NCBI GenBank assembly: GCA_025786725.1
Contig: JAHLTZ010000001.1
Coordinates: forward strand, 806,001 to 870,000
DNA from: Syncephalis fuscata S228
Lineage: Eukaryota > Fungi > Zoopagomycota
Direction of reading: 5' to 3'
Length of the DNA stretch: 64,000 nt
Shown piece after piece: positions 59,783-64,000 of this stretch (within the stretch, counting starts at the first letter, position 1; each line of letters opens with the position of its first letter). Made by a program: the position numbers and the translations under genes. A model generated the notes under the pieces. The model did not search any database. It saw only the letters and a program-made list of their open reading frames with translations, and had not been told where the DNA came from.

Positions 59783-62700
59783 ATGACTGAACCAGCAACA
59801 GCTATCGTTCCTGTTAAGAAAATACATCCAGCAGTCGAGGCCATAGCAGTGATATACAACAACAACAACAGCCAGTAGCACCATTATCGCCATCCACTTC
59901 TTCTAGTGCTGCTCCAACAAGCAACGATGGTATAGCGTTGTTTTTATCAACGTTAACACTTGTTAACCAACAAAAGAATACTGCTACTATAACACCGCCC
60001 AGTGCAATATCACCGCAATCAAGTCGTCCACTGCCCACACCACCAGTCAGAAAACATCAGCACCTGTATCCCCTATTACCCCGGGTGATGGCTCATTTGA
60101 TCCACTAAATCAATTATCACGACCATCTTCTTCGTATTATCCAACAAGTGCCACATCTATTGATGGTCTATCGCCTTCTGTACTGCCATCAAGTATAGCC
60201 ACTAGTGATACCACACCTACATCTGCCTTTCATCGCCAGATACAAGTACATCACCAATATTGGCAAATGCCGTGCCATTCATAGATGGTTTAGCCAATCC
60301 AATGGCTATGTCATCAACTACGGAGACTGGTCCACTATTAACTGATCCAACACAGTATCCTTCGCCTCCATTGACCAACATGGTCGCACCTACTAATACT
60401 GCCGGTATTGTATTCCATAATGGTCAATATCTCCAGATGGTACAAACACCCAATGGACCACAATATGTTGTAGTGGCACCATTTATGAATAATTCAGCCA
60501 TGCCATCAACAGCTATAGTAGATACTACCGTAGACACTACTATTAATACAACCATAACAAATGATCAAACAAAAGAGGTAATTAATCTATTCAATTTATT
60601 ATAGTAACTAATTATTATTAGACAACCACTCATATAAATGAGGTTGTGTCCATTAAAGATGATGCTGTAATTAATACAGTATCTACTACTGTAGATATCC
60701 ATACAGTTACACCTGTTATAACTAGTAGTGAAATACCAGTATCAGCCGATACAGCCGATAATACATGCATCGTTGATATTCAAGCTACTACTAGTACTAG
60801 TACTATTATTGATAATACTGCCGATTCTATTACTGCTTCTAATGAAGCAGATATTGTTGCTATTGCTGCCGCCACTGATGCTCTTATTAATGCTGCGGCT
60901 CAAAAATCGGCCTCACTTAGTGCTGCTACTCAAGCACCCACTGTTAACACTAGCGTTGCTACTAGTCAACCAGCTGTACCTCAACAACAGCCACCTACTG
61001 TTATTAATAATACATCTACTAATGTCACTCAGATGCCTATACCAATTAGTCATGCTACAACGATACCAATGACAGGCCATCCAGCCGCTCCAATGTATAT
61101 CAACAATCCTGCCATGGCTATACCTGGCACAACAACACAGCCTATGATGTTATCTCATGCCAGCACTATGCCGATGTCCTATGTCGCATCTAATGGTCTT
61201 ATTATGAAGCCTGGTAAAAATATCAATATGAGCAATAATACATTCATGGGTGGACTATTTTCAAATAAAAAGTCACCAACCGCACCTGTGATGGGGACAC
61301 AAATAATCAATGGACAAGTAGTTGGTGTTCCAATGATGAATGGTCAAATGGCCGGCACTCAAATGGTTAATGGTCCATTAGTTGGCCCTCAAATAATTAA
61401 TGGACAACTAGTTAATAGACAAATAGTTGGTGGGCAAGTAATTAGTGTACCAATTTTTGGTGCTCAAATGGTCAGTGGTCAAGTAATTGGTAAACAAGTA
61501 GCTGGTGGACAAATAATTGGCACACCAGTTACTGGCGCCCAAATGGCCAGCGGTCAAATGGTCGGTGCACAAGTAGTTGGTGGACAGGTAGTTGGCACAC
61601 CAGTTACTGGCGCCCAAATGGTCAGCGGTCAAATGGTCACTACACAAATGGTTAGCACTACAGCAACTGCCGGTATGGTACAAGATCAAACAGCACTTAT
61701 GCCTATTACTGGTAAACGGCGTGCATTACTTATCGGTATCGATTACCGCAATACACAAATGCAACGATTAGGTAATCACTTTATTATTATTAAGTGTGAT
61801 TAGTATTAACAATGATATCTTTAATAGGTAGTGGTGCGGCAGTAGGTGAATTTTATAAGTTCCTGACTGGCCATTGCAATTATAAGCCATCAGAAGTGCT
61901 TGTACTTACTGATGCACAGCCAAATCCTAAAATGCATCCAAATCGAGCGGTTATTATTAAAGCTATTGAATGGTTAACCAAGAATGCAGCACCTGGCGAT
62001 TCATTCTTATTTTATTATTCAGGTCGCAGTGCTATGGTAAGTGTTTAGTAATGATTTATTTGCTTTATTAAACAATATTCAGATTCAAGATATGACAGGC
62101 GAGGAATTAAATGGTGTTTGTAATTCTCTTACACCTATGGATCATCTAGTGACTGGCCAATTAGTAAATGCGGTAATTGTTTTATTATTGATTAATTTAT
62201 TCACTTTGCTAATTGATAACTGTGTAGGATATCAATACGATTTTGGTTAAGCGTATTCCAGTTGGTGCTCGACTACTGGTACTTAATGATATAGTGACAC
62301 CGGGCTCGCTTTGTGGCCTACCTACTGTTTATAAAGGGGATGGCAGTAAGCGTGGTGTGGTTAGTGATACGGCTGGTTTGGGTGCAATAGCCGCCACTGC
62401 TGGTCTTAAGCTTCTTTTTGGTCTGGATGCCGGTGCTATGAATTCAGCTGGTAGGGGGGCTGCAAAAGCCGCTAAAGTAGCATATAGTAGGAATAAGCGT
62501 CAATCTAATCGAGGAACACCGGCATTGGTTGTGGCTATTGGAAGGTAACGATAAACAGTAGACACAGTATCAATAGTACTAACTAATAATACCAATAATA
62601 ATGGTAGAAAACCACCTAAAACGGCATCGAACGCTGCGGCTCAAGTGCCACCACCGCCACCTGGTACCGTGGCCCGTTTATTCATGGAGCTTTACCAATG

Positions 62701-62827
62701 TAATCCGGTTCTTTCATACGAACAATTACGTGTCGGTATGATTCAGCAATTTATGACTCGTTATGGACATCGACCGGAATTCTCGTCAGGTAGTGATCTT
62801 TTGTGGAGGGGACAGATTGTTATTTAA
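59783..62827 (+). CDS. Metacaspase-like protein, catalytically degenerate, with long low-complexity/repeat N-terminus
   Basis: TGKRRALLIGIDY, VLTDAQ..PNRAVIIKAIEWL..AAPGDSFLFYYSGRS, LTPMDH..G, LVKRIPVGARLLVLNDIVTPG, SYEQL, PEFSS. The 5' region has frame breaks, so the start is uncertain. Confidence 0.8.
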
Positions 62828-63013
62828 TAACAAACCAGTATAAATAAAATTGATATTAATTATTACAATTCAAATTCGCTTAATTCACTTATTAGTTATT
62901 ATGTAATAAAATACTTAATTAACTAGTTCAAATTATGACCATAGATTTTGTATGGTAAAGCATCTAGTAATTAACATTATACTAATACGATGCATCCGGT
63001 TATATTTATTGCA

Positions 63014-64000
63014 TTAATAATTCTTATAGCCCACTAGGTTGATACGCTCAACCTTGGCCATAACCTGGGCTTCTTGATCGGACAAGTAGCGGTCCATCAA
63101 TTCTAGGTGGGCTTTTTCTTTTACACCGAGTATACGTACGGCAAGTAATCCGGCATTGGTGCTATTATTAATAGCTACTGTGGCTACTGGAATACCTCGC
63201 TATAAGTATTCATTATTAGTACTCATGTATATTATTATGTTATTATCGTATGCTTACAGGCATCTGAACAATAGAGTAGAGCGAATCAACACCATCAAGA
63301 CAGCTGCCTTTTACCGGTACACCAATGACTGGCAATGAAGTCTGAGCGGCCACCATGCCTGGTAGGTGTGCTGCTCCGCCAGCACCGGCTATAATGCATC
63401 GTAGCCCACGTTCGACTGCTGTACGTGCATACTCGGTAAGACGGCCTGGTGTACGATGGGCACTAACAATTGTCAGTTCAAATGGCACATCGAATTGTTC
63501 AAGTATTTCTGCAGCCGCTCTCATTACTGGCAAATCCGAGTCACTTCCCATAATAATGCCCACAACCGGCTGGCCACATGATGTAGGCGACGAGAACAGC
63601 GGTGTATTTAATTGTAGCATAGTCATGGCTGTCTCGGCGGATGCCTCTTCTGCGTCGGGTTCAGCTGCATCGAGTTCGCTAAGAATAGGTGCCATAGACG
63701 ATAGGATGCTGACCAAGCTGGAGCCTACTACAGTAATATGGCCCATCTTACGACCAGGTCTTAGTTCTGGTTTGCCGTAAAGATGAACAGTGGCGCCTGG
63801 TACATTTAGGGCAGCTTGTGTCGCACCAGTCATACCATTACTGCCTAGTAGATTAACCATAATGGCGGCGGGTACCTTTAAATCAGTACCGCCTAGTGGC
63901 AATCCAACAACGGCTCGTAAATGATTTTCAAACTGAGACGACTGGCATGCTTCAATAGTGTAATGGCCTGAATTGTGTGGTCTTGGAGCAATCTCATTAA
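63014..64000 (-). CDS. ADE2: Phosphoribosylaminoimidazole carboxylase (PurK-PurE fusion), 3' part
   Basis: [82 protein letters not shown]; runs off the window end. Confidence 0.97.

Noticed and set aside
1-64000. CRISPR arrays, tRNA/rRNA genes, transposase or reverse-transcriptase ORFs
   Set aside because: None recognisable. Most small ORFs in the track are antisense shadows or intron read-throughs of the genes listed.

Overview
Eukaryotic, AT-rich, gene-dense DNA with many short spliceosomal introns. It looks like an early-diverging fungus; Zoopagomycota (Syncephalis-like mycoparasite) is my inference from gene content, not a proven assignment. About 23 protein-coding genes can be reconstructed: MCT-type MFS transporter, membrane-anchored alpha-SNAP-like protein, eL42/RPL44, Amt/Mep, MTG1, secreted CAP protein, bZIP factor, TAM41, MOCS1 (moaA+moaC), ELP6, INIP/SOSS-C-like, CCDC6-like, class IV aminotransferase/ADC lyase, Zwilch, two FN2-TM-SH3 receptors, RAD51D, DNAJB12-like, a hypothetical protein, GH46 chitosanase, THOC5, NADPH oxidase, HIRA, an inactive metacaspase and ADE2 (partial). 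The standout structure is a 7.2-kb inverted-repeat locus (36507-43663). Two convergent receptor paralogs share near-identical 5' UTR/intron/signal-peptide and SH3/3' UTR segments, but carry deeply diverged ~750-bp internal cassettes encoding a fibronectin type II-like ectodomain. They flank a RAD51D gene that would stay intact in either orientation, so this is a candidate flip-flop or gene-conversion receptor-switching locus. Also notable: a clear AT-AC U12-type intron in MTG1, a bicistronic/alternatively spliced MOCS1 junction, two long non-coding hairpins, a MITE-like element, two convergent genes overlapping at their stop codons, and several single-base homopolymer frameshifts that are probably assembly errors. 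All identifications are by eye from recalled family motifs; no searches were run.
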